A stretch of DNA of 64,000 bases. Source: Eubacteriales bacterium (GTDB taxonomy: Bacteria; Bacillota; Clostridia; Oscillospirales; CAG-272). A program made the translations under genes and the position numbers. How positions within the stretch are numbered: position 1 is the stretch's first letter; every line of letters starts with the position of its first letter. This document shows positions 9,175-17,104 of the stretch, piece by piece. The notes under the pieces were generated by a model that did not search any database, was not told the origin of the DNA, and was given only the letters and a program-made list of their open reading frames with translations. The stretch is from contig JAZMZG010000017.1 in the NCBI GenBank assembly GCA_045585835.1, positions 23,377-87,376 on the forward strand. Direction: 5' to 3'.

Positions 9175-9211
9175 TAACACCGCACGTCGATCGGCGTGCG
9201 GTGTTTTTTTG
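9175..9211 (+). terminator. Terminator after tsf
   Basis: aacaccgcacg ... cgtgcggtgtt followed by TTTTTT. Confidence 0.75.
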
Positions 9212-9264
9212 AATTAAATCGACAAAGATTTACCAATGATTTTTATTTTTTTTCGTATTAAGCA

Positions 9265-9293
9265 TTGACAAACCAAATAATGTGTGATAATAT
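9265..9293 (+). promoter_or_regulatory. Sigma-A promoter of tRNA-Lys
   Basis: TTGACA, 17-nt spacer ending in tgtga, TAATAT. Confidence 0.6.
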
Positions 9294-9308
9294 ATCAAGG
9301 TACGAAAT

Positions 9309-9384
9309 GATCCACTAGCTCAGTTGGCAGAGCACTTGACTTTTAATCAAGGGGTCCGGAGTTCGAATCTCCGGTGGATCACCA
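9309..9384 (+). tRNA. tRNA-Lys (anticodon TTT), CCA encoded
   Basis: Acceptor gatccac/gtggatc, anticodon loop cTTTTAa, T-arm ggagttcgaatctcc, 3' ACCA. Confidence 0.9.
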
Positions 9385-9420
9385 AAATCGGCAGATCTCG
9401 AAAGAGGTTTGCCGATTTTT
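9385..9420 (+). terminator. Terminator after tRNA-Lys
   Basis: aaaatcggca...tgccgattttt hairpin plus T-run. Confidence 0.65.
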
Positions 9421-9492
9421 CTTTTTCACGAATAAGGGTTAAAAAATGTAGTTTAATGTGATAAAATGATAAAAAATATTTGAGGTGAAAAA

Positions 9493-9987
9493 ATGGATTC
9501 CAATAATCACATTCATAAATTTGAAAGCACTGTCGTTGCTCCCACGTGCAAGGAAAACGGATATACTTTACATAGATGCGAATGCGGATACGAGCATAAG
9601 AGCAATTTTACTCCCGTAAGCAGTCATAATTTGCAAATCACAGAAGAAACAGCGCCCACTTGTACGGAAGCAGGAAAAAAGGTCGGTCGCTGCACGGTTT
9701 GCGGCGAAGAAAAGTCCGAAATCATTTCTCCGCTTGGGCATAATTGGGAAAATTGGAACGTACAGATGCACCCCTCTTGCACCGAAAAAGGAATGCAAAT
9801 GCGTATATGCGCTCGTTGCGGACTGAGAGAGGATCAGGAGATCGCTCCTGTGGGGCATAAATTGACTTCTCCGAAAAAATCACAGACGCAGGACGGCTAC
9901 GTTGACTATTTTTGCGAAAACTGCGGAGAAACGATTACTATGCCTTCCGCCGCTCATAAAAGAAAAAAATCCTTTTCGAAATTTTAA
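9493..9987 (+). CDS. Cys-rich protein with four tandem zinc-ribbon-like modules (H..PTC.E.G...C..CG); probably the N-terminal half of a gene interrupted by an in-frame TAA
   Basis: 164-aa ORF with GAGGTG upstream. Repeated modules include APTCKENGYTLHRCECG, APTCTEAGKKVGRCTVCG, HPSCTEKGMQMRICARCG and YFCENCG. It ends KRKKSFSKF* directly before a TM helix encoded in the same frame. Confidence 0.6.
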   Translation: MDSNNHIHKFESTVVAPTCKENGYTLHRCECGYEHKSNFTPVSSHNLQITEETAPTCTEAGKKVGRCTVCGEEKSEIISPLGHNWENWNVQMHPSCTEKGMQMRICARCGLREDQEIAPVGHKLTSPKKSQTQDGYVDYFCENCGETITMPSAAHKRKKSFSKF

Positions 9988-9996
9988 AAGATATTC

Positions 9997-10464
9997 TTGC
10001 GCATAATTATTCCGCTTGCATTGATAATAGGACTGTTCTTTGCAACCACAAAAATTTTCATTCCCCTTTATCATTATATAAGCGCTAAAATACTTATCGA
10101 AAAAGAAGACTATGAGGCGGCTTATACCCATTTGGAAAAATGCGATAATATCAAGCAAAGCAAGGAGATGCTTGAAAACTTCCATCTCATATACGACGAA
10201 AAGATAGACACAACTTATGATGAAAACGGAAAGATATCAACAATAAACGAAGAAAAATACAAATACGATGAAGACAACAACAAAATATTTTATGCTTCGT
10301 ACGAAAACGGCAAACTCACTGATAAAGTCGAATACGAATACGATAAAAACGGTATTGTGACGCTCGAAACCGAATATGACGAAAATGGAAATATCAGCAG
10401 TCAAACCAAGTACGTCAACCCGAGAATGATCTATAAAAAAACCAACGACAGCCTCAATTTTTAA
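9997..10464 (+). CDS. TM-anchored protein with YD-like repeats (YDENGK/YDEDNN/YDKNG/YDENGN); same frame as the preceding ORF, no own SD
   Basis: TTG-initiated ORF RIIIPLALIIGLFFATTKIF... (9997-9493)/3 is an integer. Only one TAA (9985-9987) and three codons separate the two ORFs. No GGAGG-like motif upstream. Confidence 0.5.
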   Translation: MRIIIPLALIIGLFFATTKIFIPLYHYISAKILIEKEDYEAAYTHLEKCDNIKQSKEMLENFHLIYDEKIDTTYDENGKISTINEEKYKYDEDNNKIFYASYENGKLTDKVEYEYDKNGIVTLETEYDENGNISSQTKYVNPRMIYKKTNDSLNF

Positions 10465-10477
10465 TAAATTTTAGGCA

Positions 10478-10513
10478 CAAAAAGCAACTTGCGTTACGCA
10501 AGTTGCTTTTTTA
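10478..10513 (+). terminator. Terminator
   Basis: aaaaagcaacttgcg tta cgcaagttgcttttt. Confidence 0.75.
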
Positions 10514-10592
10514 GTTGTTCACTTTTAGTATCAATGTTAGTTTACTACAAAAGCTAAATATCACCTGATTTATAAAAACATCAGGTGATATT

Positions 10593-10835
10593 TTAGTTGT
10601 TAAACAAATCTTCCATAGGCACACCGAGAATTTTTGCAATAACATATATTTCTTTATCGGTAGCATTTCTTATCTGTCCCTCTAGTTTTGAATAACTTGT
10701 AGGATTCATATCGCACCCCAAAATTTGAATTTGTGCAATAAAATCTTTTTGTTTAATGCCTTTTTCTTTTCTAAGACGCTCAATATTTTTACCAATCATA
10801 TTTTTATCACCATATGTCTGCTTTCTCAATTTCAT
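10593..10835 (-). CDS. XRE-family helix-turn-helix transcriptional regulator
   Basis: IGKNIERLRKEKGIKQKDFIAQIQILGCDMNPTSYSKLEGQIRNATDKEIYVIAKILGVPMEDLF. An alternative start is at 10799. It is divergent from a small operon. Confidence 0.8.
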   Translation of the reverse strand: MKLRKQTYGDKNMIGKNIERLRKEKGIKQKDFIAQIQILGCDMNPTSYSKLEGQIRNATDKEIYVIAKILGVPMEDLFNN

Positions 10836-10887
10836 ATCTTATAATTCCTTTTTAGAATATTTTTCTTTATTGTATTACTAAAAAGTA

Positions 10888-10941
10888 TTGGCATAATTCC
10901 AAATTAGAATTATAATAAATAAAATTCCGATCTGGAATTAT
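10888..10941 (+). promoter_or_regulatory. Promoter (TTGGCA-17-TATAAT) overlapped by two related palindromes; candidate XRE operators
   Basis: -35 at 10888-10893 and -10 at 10911-10916. O1 is ATAATTCcaaattaGAATTAT (10893-10913). O2 is AATTCCgatctGGAATT (10923-10939). Confidence 0.45.
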
Positions 10942-10963
10942 ATTGTTTTTATAGAAGGTAAAC

Positions 10964-11149
10964 ATGAAAAAAGCATTTTTTATAACTTTGGTGACATTGG
11001 TTGTATCCTTATCTGCTTGCGTGCATAGTAAAAATTATTCTATGAATAGCGAACTTATCAAGCTTGAAGAAGGATATCTAATAATCAAATACGATGAGGA
11101 TGGAAATACTGACTCCTACGGTGGAGTTGCAACTTACGAGTTCACCTAA
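10964..11149 (+). CDS. Small lipoprotein (61 aa), unknown function
   Basis: MKKAFFITLVTLVVSLSAC lipobox. Contains a YDEDGN motif like the 9997 ORF. Confidence 0.55.
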   Translation: MKKAFFITLVTLVVSLSACVHSKNYSMNSELIKLEEGYLIIKYDEDGNTDSYGGVATYEFT

Positions 11150-11218
11150 GAATTATAAGTATTAAATGCTTTTGTTAAATTCGATAGTATAAGAATAATT
11201 AAAAAGGAGAATAGCTTT

Positions 11219-11731
11219 ATGTTTTGCATGAAATGCGGACAAAATTTACCTGATGATGCTTTGTTTTGTTCGAGTTGCGGCACCAAGACTCCGTTAGGAC
11301 AAAACAGTTATTTAGATAACGAACCGATTGGTTCCCAAAACGATGCCGAAAGCGAACAGATGCAAGCCGCAAAAGAAAAGGCAGAAAAAGATCGAAAGGA
11401 AAGAATAGACAAGTCAAACAAAGAAACAAGAAAAATGCTGTCCGATGCATTGGAAGATGTTAAACTGGCAAAAACAACGCGTGTTACAATTCTCGGTTGC
11501 ATAGCCGGAATTTCTGCATTAATAGCTCTTATTTCGATCTTTTCTATTATTTCAGGTCAAGAACTTACAGTTGAATTGTTAATAACAGCATTTATGTCAT
11601 TCTCTGTAGCTCTTGGCGTATTATTCAGCACCGGAATTGTTTGTCATCGATTCAATCAAATAATACGGGAAAAAGAAACAGAACTTAAACGTTTTGACGA
11701 TGAAATCAAAACAAGTAAGGAGAATATTTAA
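11219..11731 (+). CDS. Zinc-ribbon (N-terminal CxxC..CxxC) membrane protein, unknown function
   Basis: MFCMKCGQNLPDDALFCSSCG, a charged coiled region, two predicted TM helices. AAGGAG RBS. Confidence 0.65.
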   Translation: MFCMKCGQNLPDDALFCSSCGTKTPLGQNSYLDNEPIGSQNDAESEQMQAAKEKAEKDRKERIDKSNKETRKMLSDALEDVKLAKTTRVTILGCIAGISALIALISIFSIISGQELTVELLITAFMSFSVALGVLFSTGIVCHRFNQIIREKETELKRFDDEIKTSKENI

Positions 11732-11732
11732 A

Positions 11733-12404
11733 ATGCAAAATCCAGGATTTGAAAAAAGAAGATTTAATGCAGAACCACAAGAGTTTAACAAAATATCCAG
11801 TCAAAAAACAAGACAAATATTAGGTATTGTATTGGGAGTGATTCTCTTAATTGCAGCTTTTGTCTTTGGGAATTTGCAAGACGAAAATTGGTATAACAAA
11901 TCTGACAGAGATATGTATGGTGTGATTAAGGGGTGTTGTATCATCGGTGGTTTACTTGAAGTGATAATATCCCCTATTCTGCTGTATGACTTTTCAAAAA
12001 TAGAAAACAAATTATCCGGCACGTACATAACCTTACACGAGGACAAGATAGAGGGACTACATTTCAACAACCCTGCTGTAGGGTTTCCTTTTGAAATTAC
12101 TTATGATGACGTTATTGAAGCTACGGTTTTGCCGGATGATCCTATAGTCAACAATGGAAATAACATAAGTATAAAAGCCATATCGGGTACATATTCGTGC
12201 TATGCCATAGAGCAAAAAGCAATTGTTGTTGCATTAATAAATGAACGGAAAGCAAAATATGACGAAATGATAAGTGTAAACAACGCTAAACAAATGTCGG
12301 GACCTTCAACCGTTTCTGAGAGAGCAGAAAGATACTGTATGTATTGTGGAACCGTATTACCTAAAAATGCTTCATTCTGTTATAAGTGCGGCAAAGGACA
12401 ATAA
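11733..12404 (+). CDS. Two-TM protein with a PH-like cytoplasmic domain and a C-terminal zinc ribbon, unknown function
   Basis: ATG 11733 lies 1 nt after the upstream TAA, with AAGGAG 11 nt upstream (translational coupling). It ends YCMYCGTVLPKNASFCYKCGKGQ. The track start at 11694 overlaps the previous gene. Confidence 0.6.
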   Translation: MQNPGFEKRRFNAEPQEFNKISSQKTRQILGIVLGVILLIAAFVFGNLQDENWYNKSDRDMYGVIKGCCIIGGLLEVIISPILLYDFSKIENKLSGTYITLHEDKIEGLHFNNPAVGFPFEITYDDVIEATVLPDDPIVNNGNNISIKAISGTYSCYAIEQKAIVVALINERKAKYDEMISVNNAKQMSGPSTVSERAERYCMYCGTVLPKNASFCYKCGKGQ

Positions 12405-12466
12405 TTACGTATCAAGAATAACCTTTGACAAACATACAATCAAATAAAACATTGGAGATACCAACG

Positions 12467-12937
12467 ATGAATAAAATTTTAAAAAGTATCACTTTAATCT
12501 GTCTGTCTTTATTAATGTTTACTTTAATTTCTTGTGGTAATGATACGCAAGAGCCAACATATACTTTGACTGAACAACAAATGCAATTAGTAGATAAAAT
12601 ATATTCTTTTAGAAATGTGTGGGAAACGCATAATGGTAATTCCTGCTCCAACGTAAGATTCGTAGAAAAGAATGGTTGTCTGTTTCTTTTATGTTCCTAT
12701 AAAACAACTTCAACGGGCGTTGATTTTATGGGACAAGGAAATTCGTATGCAAGTGTAGAAATTAAGTATACTATTTCGCAAAATGATATGCACGAAGCAA
12801 CCTTAAAAGAATATGGTTCCAACGATTATGGAATTGTGACGGGAATGTATAGTTACAACACAAGCGATAACACTGAGGAAAAGAAACTTTCTTTGGCTAA
12901 GGCTATAACTAAAAAAAGCAATATCGTATTTCCTTAA
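12467..12937 (+). CDS. Lipoprotein, unknown function
   Basis: MNKILKSITLICLSLLMFTLISC lipobox. GGAGA lies 8 nt upstream of ATG 12467. Confidence 0.6.
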   Translation: MNKILKSITLICLSLLMFTLISCGNDTQEPTYTLTEQQMQLVDKIYSFRNVWETHNGNSCSNVRFVEKNGCLFLLCSYKTTSTGVDFMGQGNSYASVEIKYTISQNDMHEATLKEYGSNDYGIVTGMYSYNTSDNTEEKKLSLAKAITKKSNIVFP

Positions 12938-13014
12938 TTTTTTCTGATTTCCAAGAAAAACAAATTCTGATTATTATGTTTTATGTGAATTGTGTCTTCT
13001 GTTGTAAATATCAC

Positions 13015-13049
13015 CAAAAAAGCGGCTTGCAGTGCAAGCCGCTTTTTTT
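13015..13049 (+). terminator. Terminator ending the AT-rich block
   Basis: aaaaaagcggcttgc agt gcaagccgcttttttt. Confidence 0.75.
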
Positions 13050-13073
13050 ACTTGTTGACTATCATCTTTTTAT

Positions 13074-13106
13074 AAAAAATCGGCAACTTGCGTTGCCGAT
13101 TTTTTA
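13074..13106. terminator. Second (bidirectional) terminator, also serving nagB
   Basis: aaaaaatcggcaac ttgc gttgccgatttttt. It has the same outer stem (atcggca/tgccgat) as the terminator after tRNA-Lys. Confidence 0.7.
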
Positions 13107-13108
13107 TT

Positions 13109-13903
13109 TTATAATCTTTCGTCTTTTTCGATATCGAGGAAGTATTTATACGAGTCGACCTTAAGCTGTCCGCAAGCCGCTTCGTCGCAAGCGATTATAG
13201 CGTTATTATGAAGCTGAAGTGCGCTTGCCGTCCACATCTGCGATACGCCGCCTTCTACGGTCTTTGCAAGTGCCGTTGCCTTGTTGTGTCCGTTTATGAG
13301 GATAAGCACCTCTCTTGAATCCGTGACCGTGCCTACGCCTACGGAAAGAGCGTGTGTAGGTACTTTTTCGGGATCATTTCCGAAGAAGCGCGAGTTTACT
13401 ATTCTAGTATCCGTAGTAAGTGCGCGGATACCCGTGCGGGAGGAAAGTGAGGTGAAAGGCTCGTTGAACGCTATATGTCCGTCAACGCCGATTCCTCCCA
13501 TAAAGAGATCGATTCCGCCGTAGGACGCTATCTTTTGCTCATATCTTGCGCATTCGCCCTCGGGGTCAGTAGTCATTCCGTCCAAGATGTTGACGTTTTC
13601 TTTGGGAATATCAATATGGTCAAAGAAATTTGACCACATAAAATACCAATAGCTCTGGTCATGCTCCTTGGGAAGTCCGAGATATTCGTCCATATTAAAC
13701 GTAACTACGTTTTTAAACGAAAGCTCGCCTTTTTTGTTCATTTCAATGAGATATCTGTAAACACCCAAGGGAGATGAGCCTGTGGGAAGTCCGAGAATGA
13801 AGGGCTTATCCGTCGTTTCCGCCTTCTTCTTTATCGCCGCGGCGATATATTCTGCCGCCCATTTGCACATCTTCTCATAATTTTCCTGAATAACTACTCT
13901 CAT
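13109..13903 (-). CDS. nagB: Glucosamine-6-phosphate deaminase
   Basis: MRVVIQENYEKMCKWAAEYIAAAI...FILGLPTGSSPLGVYRYLIEMNKKGELSFKNVVTFNMDEYLGL. Confidence 0.9.
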   Translation of the reverse strand: MRVVIQENYEKMCKWAAEYIAAAIKKKAETTDKPFILGLPTGSSPLGVYRYLIEMNKKGELSFKNVVTFNMDEYLGLPKEHDQSYWYFMWSNFFDHIDIPKENVNILDGMTTDPEGECARYEQKIASYGGIDLFMGGIGVDGHIAFNEPFTSLSSRTGIRALTTDTRIVNSRFFGNDPEKVPTHALSVGVGTVTDSREVLILINGHNKATALAKTVEGGVSQMWTASALQLHNNAIIACDEAACGQLKVDSYKYFLDIEKDERL

Positions 13904-13922
13904 ACCGTATGCCTTTCCTATA

Positions 13923-14585
13923 TTACTTTTTTGTGGCTATTGTGCCGTTATTTTTATATATGCTGTCTTGGGGTATAACGCCTCTTGCACAGCTCGTGGG
14001 GTAAACTATCGAATTTCTGCCTATCACCGTGCCCGGATTTAATACGCTGTTGCAACCTACCTCAACAAAATCACCAAGCATCGCTCCGACCTTTTTGCGT
14101 CCCGTTTCGACGTCTTCGCCGTTTACTCTGTCGTGTATTACTACAAGCGCCTTATCGCTTCTCACGTTGGACGTTACGCTTCCTGCGCCCATATGGCTCT
14201 TATATCCCAAAATGCTGTCGCCAACGTAATTGAAGTGAGGTACTTGAACGCCGTCGAATATTATTGCATTCTTCACCTCAACGGAGTTTCCGATAACACA
14301 ACCCTCTCCGATAAGTGCACTTCCTCTTATAAACGCACAGTGTCTTACCTCGGTTTCGGCTCCGATTATGCAAGGTGCGCTTATACTTGCCGTGGGAGCC
14401 ACCTTTGCGCTTTTGTGTATCCATACGCTCTCGGATACTTCGTTAAAATCGTCACCGAGAGTGCTTCCTATCTCTAAAATAAGCTCCTTTATTCCCGCAA
14501 GTGCCTGCCAAGGATATTCAAAACCCTTTAAATACTTGCCCGCAAGAGAATGATAAAAATCAAATAAATCCGCAGTTTTTACCAT
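13923..14585 (-). CDS. Left-handed beta-helix (hexapeptide-repeat) acyl/acetyltransferase resembling the GlmU C-terminal domain, without a nucleotidyltransferase domain
   Basis: 220 aa. Hexapeptide-like run IGAETEVRHCAFIRGSALIGEGCVIGNSVEVKNAIIFDGVQVPHFNYVGDSILG...GAGSVTSN. Its start abuts the glmM stop. Confidence 0.6.
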   Translation of the reverse strand: MVKTADLFDFYHSLAGKYLKGFEYPWQALAGIKELILEIGSTLGDDFNEVSESVWIHKSAKVAPTASISAPCIIGAETEVRHCAFIRGSALIGEGCVIGNSVEVKNAIIFDGVQVPHFNYVGDSILGYKSHMGAGSVTSNVRSDKALVVIHDRVNGEDVETGRKKVGAMLGDFVEVGCNSVLNPGTVIGRNSIVYPTSCARGVIPQDSIYKNNGTIATKK

Positions 14586-14586
14586 A

Positions 14587-15927
14587 TCAGCAAAATCCTT
14601 CCTTACGCATAACTTGGATTATGTGCTCGACAGCAGCACTGCACTTACCATCTTCGCTTGCTTCCGCCATAACTCTTATGAGCATTTCCGTACCGCTTGC
14701 GCGAAGAAGAACTCTGCCGTCACCGCCAAGAAGCTCTACAGCTTCCTTTTCGGCTCTCTTTATTGCCTCGTTATTCATTACCGCATCTTTATCCGTCACT
14801 TTTACGTTTTTGAGTATCTGCGGATAAAATACGAGCGGAGAAGCGAGTTTTGCAAGAGTGGATTTTTGGTCAAGCACCGCCTGCATAAGCTTTATCGCCG
14901 TCAAAACGCCGTCACCCGTCGTTGCGTACTTACTGAATATTATGTGTCCGCTCTCCTCGCCGCCGATAAGGTGTCCGTCCTGCTTCATACATTCGTAAAC
15001 GAATCTGTCGCCGACTTTGGTCTGCACGTGCTCGATACCCTCTTTTTCGAGAGCCTTGCCGAGTCCGTAGTTGCTCATTACGGTAGAAACTACGGTATTC
15101 GTTGAAAGCTTGCCGCGCTTTTTCATATAAGTGCCGTAAATATACAAAATAGCATCGCCGTTTACAAGATTTCCGTTTTCATCAACAGCAAGGCATCTGT
15201 CAGCATCTCCATCAAAAGCAAATCCAATGTCGAGTCCGTTTTCACGAACGAAGCTTTGGAGCTTTTCTATATGAGTTGAGCCGCAACCGTTATTGATGTT
15301 TGTGCCCGTAGGAGCGTTATTTATAACGTAAGTGTCCGCTCCGAGTGCGTCGAATACGGACTTCGCTATCATCCACGTACTTCCGTTTGCGCAGTCAAGA
15401 CCGACCTTCACACCCTTGTAGCTATGAGTTGCAAGAGAGATGAGATATCCTATATATCTGTTTCTTCCCGATGCGTAGTCAATACTGCGTCCTATATTGT
15501 CGCCCGTAGCAAAGGGTGCTTCGGGGATTATACCGTCAATATAGCGCTCGACCTCGTCGGTGACGTCATCACTCATCTTTTCGCCGCTTCCGCTTATAAG
15601 CTTGATACCGTTATCAACATAAGGATTATGGCTTGCGGATATCATAATTCCGCAGTCGAATCCGTCAACTCTCGTTATATATGCAACGGAAGGCGTCGTC
15701 GTGACATGCAAAAGATATGCGTCAGCGCCCGATGCGGTAAGACCCGCTACGAGTGCGCTCTCAAACATATAACTCGAAAGGCGCGTATCCTTTCCTATCA
15801 CGACCTTCGCTTTGTGGTCCTTGCCGTAGTAATATCCGATATAACGACCTATCTTAAATGCGTGTTCTACGGTAAGTCTTACGTTGGCTTCCCCGCGAAA
15901 TCCGTCCGTGCCGAAGTATTTTCCCAT
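14587..15927 (-). CDS. glmM: Phosphoglucosamine mutase
   Basis: MGKYFGTDGFRGEANV...ISASHNPYVDNGIK (active-site Ser loop). Start at ATG 15927 with GGGAGGA upstream. Confidence 0.92.
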   Translation of the reverse strand: MGKYFGTDGFRGEANVRLTVEHAFKIGRYIGYYYGKDHKAKVVIGKDTRLSSYMFESALVAGLTASGADAYLLHVTTTPSVAYITRVDGFDCGIMISASHNPYVDNGIKLISGSGEKMSDDVTDEVERYIDGIIPEAPFATGDNIGRSIDYASGRNRYIGYLISLATHSYKGVKVGLDCANGSTWMIAKSVFDALGADTYVINNAPTGTNINNGCGSTHIEKLQSFVRENGLDIGFAFDGDADRCLAVDENGNLVNGDAILYIYGTYMKKRGKLSTNTVVSTVMSNYGLGKALEKEGIEHVQTKVGDRFVYECMKQDGHLIGGEESGHIIFSKYATTGDGVLTAIKLMQAVLDQKSTLAKLASPLVFYPQILKNVKVTDKDAVMNNEAIKRAEKEAVELLGGDGRVLLRASGTEMLIRVMAEASEDGKCSAAVEHIIQVMRKEGFC

Positions 15928-16057
15928 ATTATCCTCCCTATAAAATGATACATACAAATAATATGCACATACTTAAAAAAAGTTAAGTATTTACTTATAT
16001 TATCTACCTTAATATGAATTTTGTCAATATTTTTCACAATATTTTTTGCATCTTGCG

Positions 16058-16092
16058 CAAAAAGCAGAGGATACGCTCCTCTGCTTTTTGTA
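16058..16092 (-). terminator. Terminator after the DUF3737 gene
   Basis: aaaaagcagagg atacgct cctctgcttttt. Confidence 0.7.
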
Positions 16093-16096
16093 TAGG

Positions 16097-16936
16097 CTAT
16101 ACATTTTCCGCGACGTCGCAAGAGCACTCGTAAACGGGTGCGTCATTTATAATTTCTCCGATTTTGTCAGCGCGTATCTTTCCCGAAAGAGCGTTTTTCA
16201 CGGAGATTATCTCACCTTTTATATCGGCGATTACATCGGAATACTCAAAGCTTCTGTCCGCTTCTTCCATCGTGCAGTTTATAAGCCTAAGCCCCTTACA
16301 GTAGCAAAGCGGCTGTGTGCTTATTATCTTGCAGTTTTCAAAAGTGACGTTTTCGCAGTACCATCCGAGATATTCACCCTTTATAACGGAATTTTTCACG
16401 GTGACGTTCTTTGCGTGCCAAAAGGCGTCCTTCGTATCGAAGCACGAATCTTCTATCGTGACATTTTCCGTATACTGAAACGAATATTTGCCATTCATTT
16501 CGACGTTTGAAAGAGTAAGCTCCTTCGTACCGAAAAACATATATTCCCCGAAAAGCTTGCATTTATCAAAGCTTACTTTTTTGCAATTCCAAGAAAATTC
16601 CGCAGAATCGACCGTAGAATTTTCAAACGTCACATTTTCACATTCACGTAGCGCCTTCGGAGAGAAAAGAGTACAATTTTTTATGCTTCCGTCTTTGCAA
16701 TACCAAAGAGGTGCGCGGCAGGAAATCTCCATTTCCGATAGCTGCATATCAAATTTTTTCGTGTGCCAAAGCGGATAACGCAGCTTGAAATTACATTCGC
16801 TTATGCGTACGTTTTCCGTTTCCTTGAAAGCGGATTCGCCGTCGGCTTCTCCTTCAAAATTGCATTTTTCGACCGTAAGCTCCTTTAAGCCGTAAAAGGC
16901 TCTTTCTTCATCAAAGCTTTTTCCGATAAAAATCAT
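16097..16936 (-). CDS. DUF3737-family protein (parallel beta-helix repeat)
   Basis: Repetitive pattern ENVTFENS / KNVTVKNS / ENVTIEDS / ENVTFENC, with conserved W/C positions typical of DUF3737. Confidence 0.6.
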   Translation of the reverse strand: MIFIGKSFDEERAFYGLKELTVEKCNFEGEADGESAFKETENVRISECNFKLRYPLWHTKKFDMQLSEMEISCRAPLWYCKDGSIKNCTLFSPKALRECENVTFENSTVDSAEFSWNCKKVSFDKCKLFGEYMFFGTKELTLSNVEMNGKYSFQYTENVTIEDSCFDTKDAFWHAKNVTVKNSVIKGEYLGWYCENVTFENCKIISTQPLCYCKGLRLINCTMEEADRSFEYSDVIADIKGEIISVKNALSGKIRADKIGEIINDAPVYECSCDVAENV

Positions 16937-17104
16937 AATATTTCCTCGACTTTCTACACTGCAATTTTAAAACTTTTACGTATATATGTCAAGTGTGTGA
17001 AAACGTGCAAGAAAAATATTTTCAAAAAAATGTGATTTCGTATTGATTATTTCCGTTTACTGTGATATCATCTAATAGATAATAAAATTACGGAGCGTGA
17101 AATT

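Noticed and set aside
8203-9180. 325-aa ORF antisense to tsf
   Set aside because: It is a Cys/Phe/Leu-rich low-complexity translation exactly mirroring a highly conserved gene (EF-Ts), with no RBS. This is a typical shadow ORF.
9985-9987. Stop-codon reassignment (in-frame TAA here and in-frame TAG at 44070-44072)
   Set aside because: Many well-conserved genes in the window end at their expected length on TAA (for example rpsB, tsf, metK, ileS). TGA is also used as a stop (for example trpB). A nonsense mutation or assembly error is the simpler explanation for both in-frame stops.
9385-13108. Calling the AT-rich block a mobile element or prophage
   Set aside because: There is no integrase, recombinase, transposase or phage structural gene. 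The boundary repeats are short (10 bp plus a shared 7-bp terminator stem). It is kept as a hypothesis in the findings and is not annotated as a mobile element.
15928-16057. glmS-type ribozyme near glmM
   Set aside because: The region is short and AT-rich with no conserved ribozyme core. The ribozyme belongs to glmS, which is not in this window.
16937-17104. SAM-I (S-box) riboswitch expected upstream of metK
   Set aside because: I could not find the conserved S-box core or a terminator in the 168-bp upstream region, only a plausible promoter (TTGATT...tgtgATATCAT).
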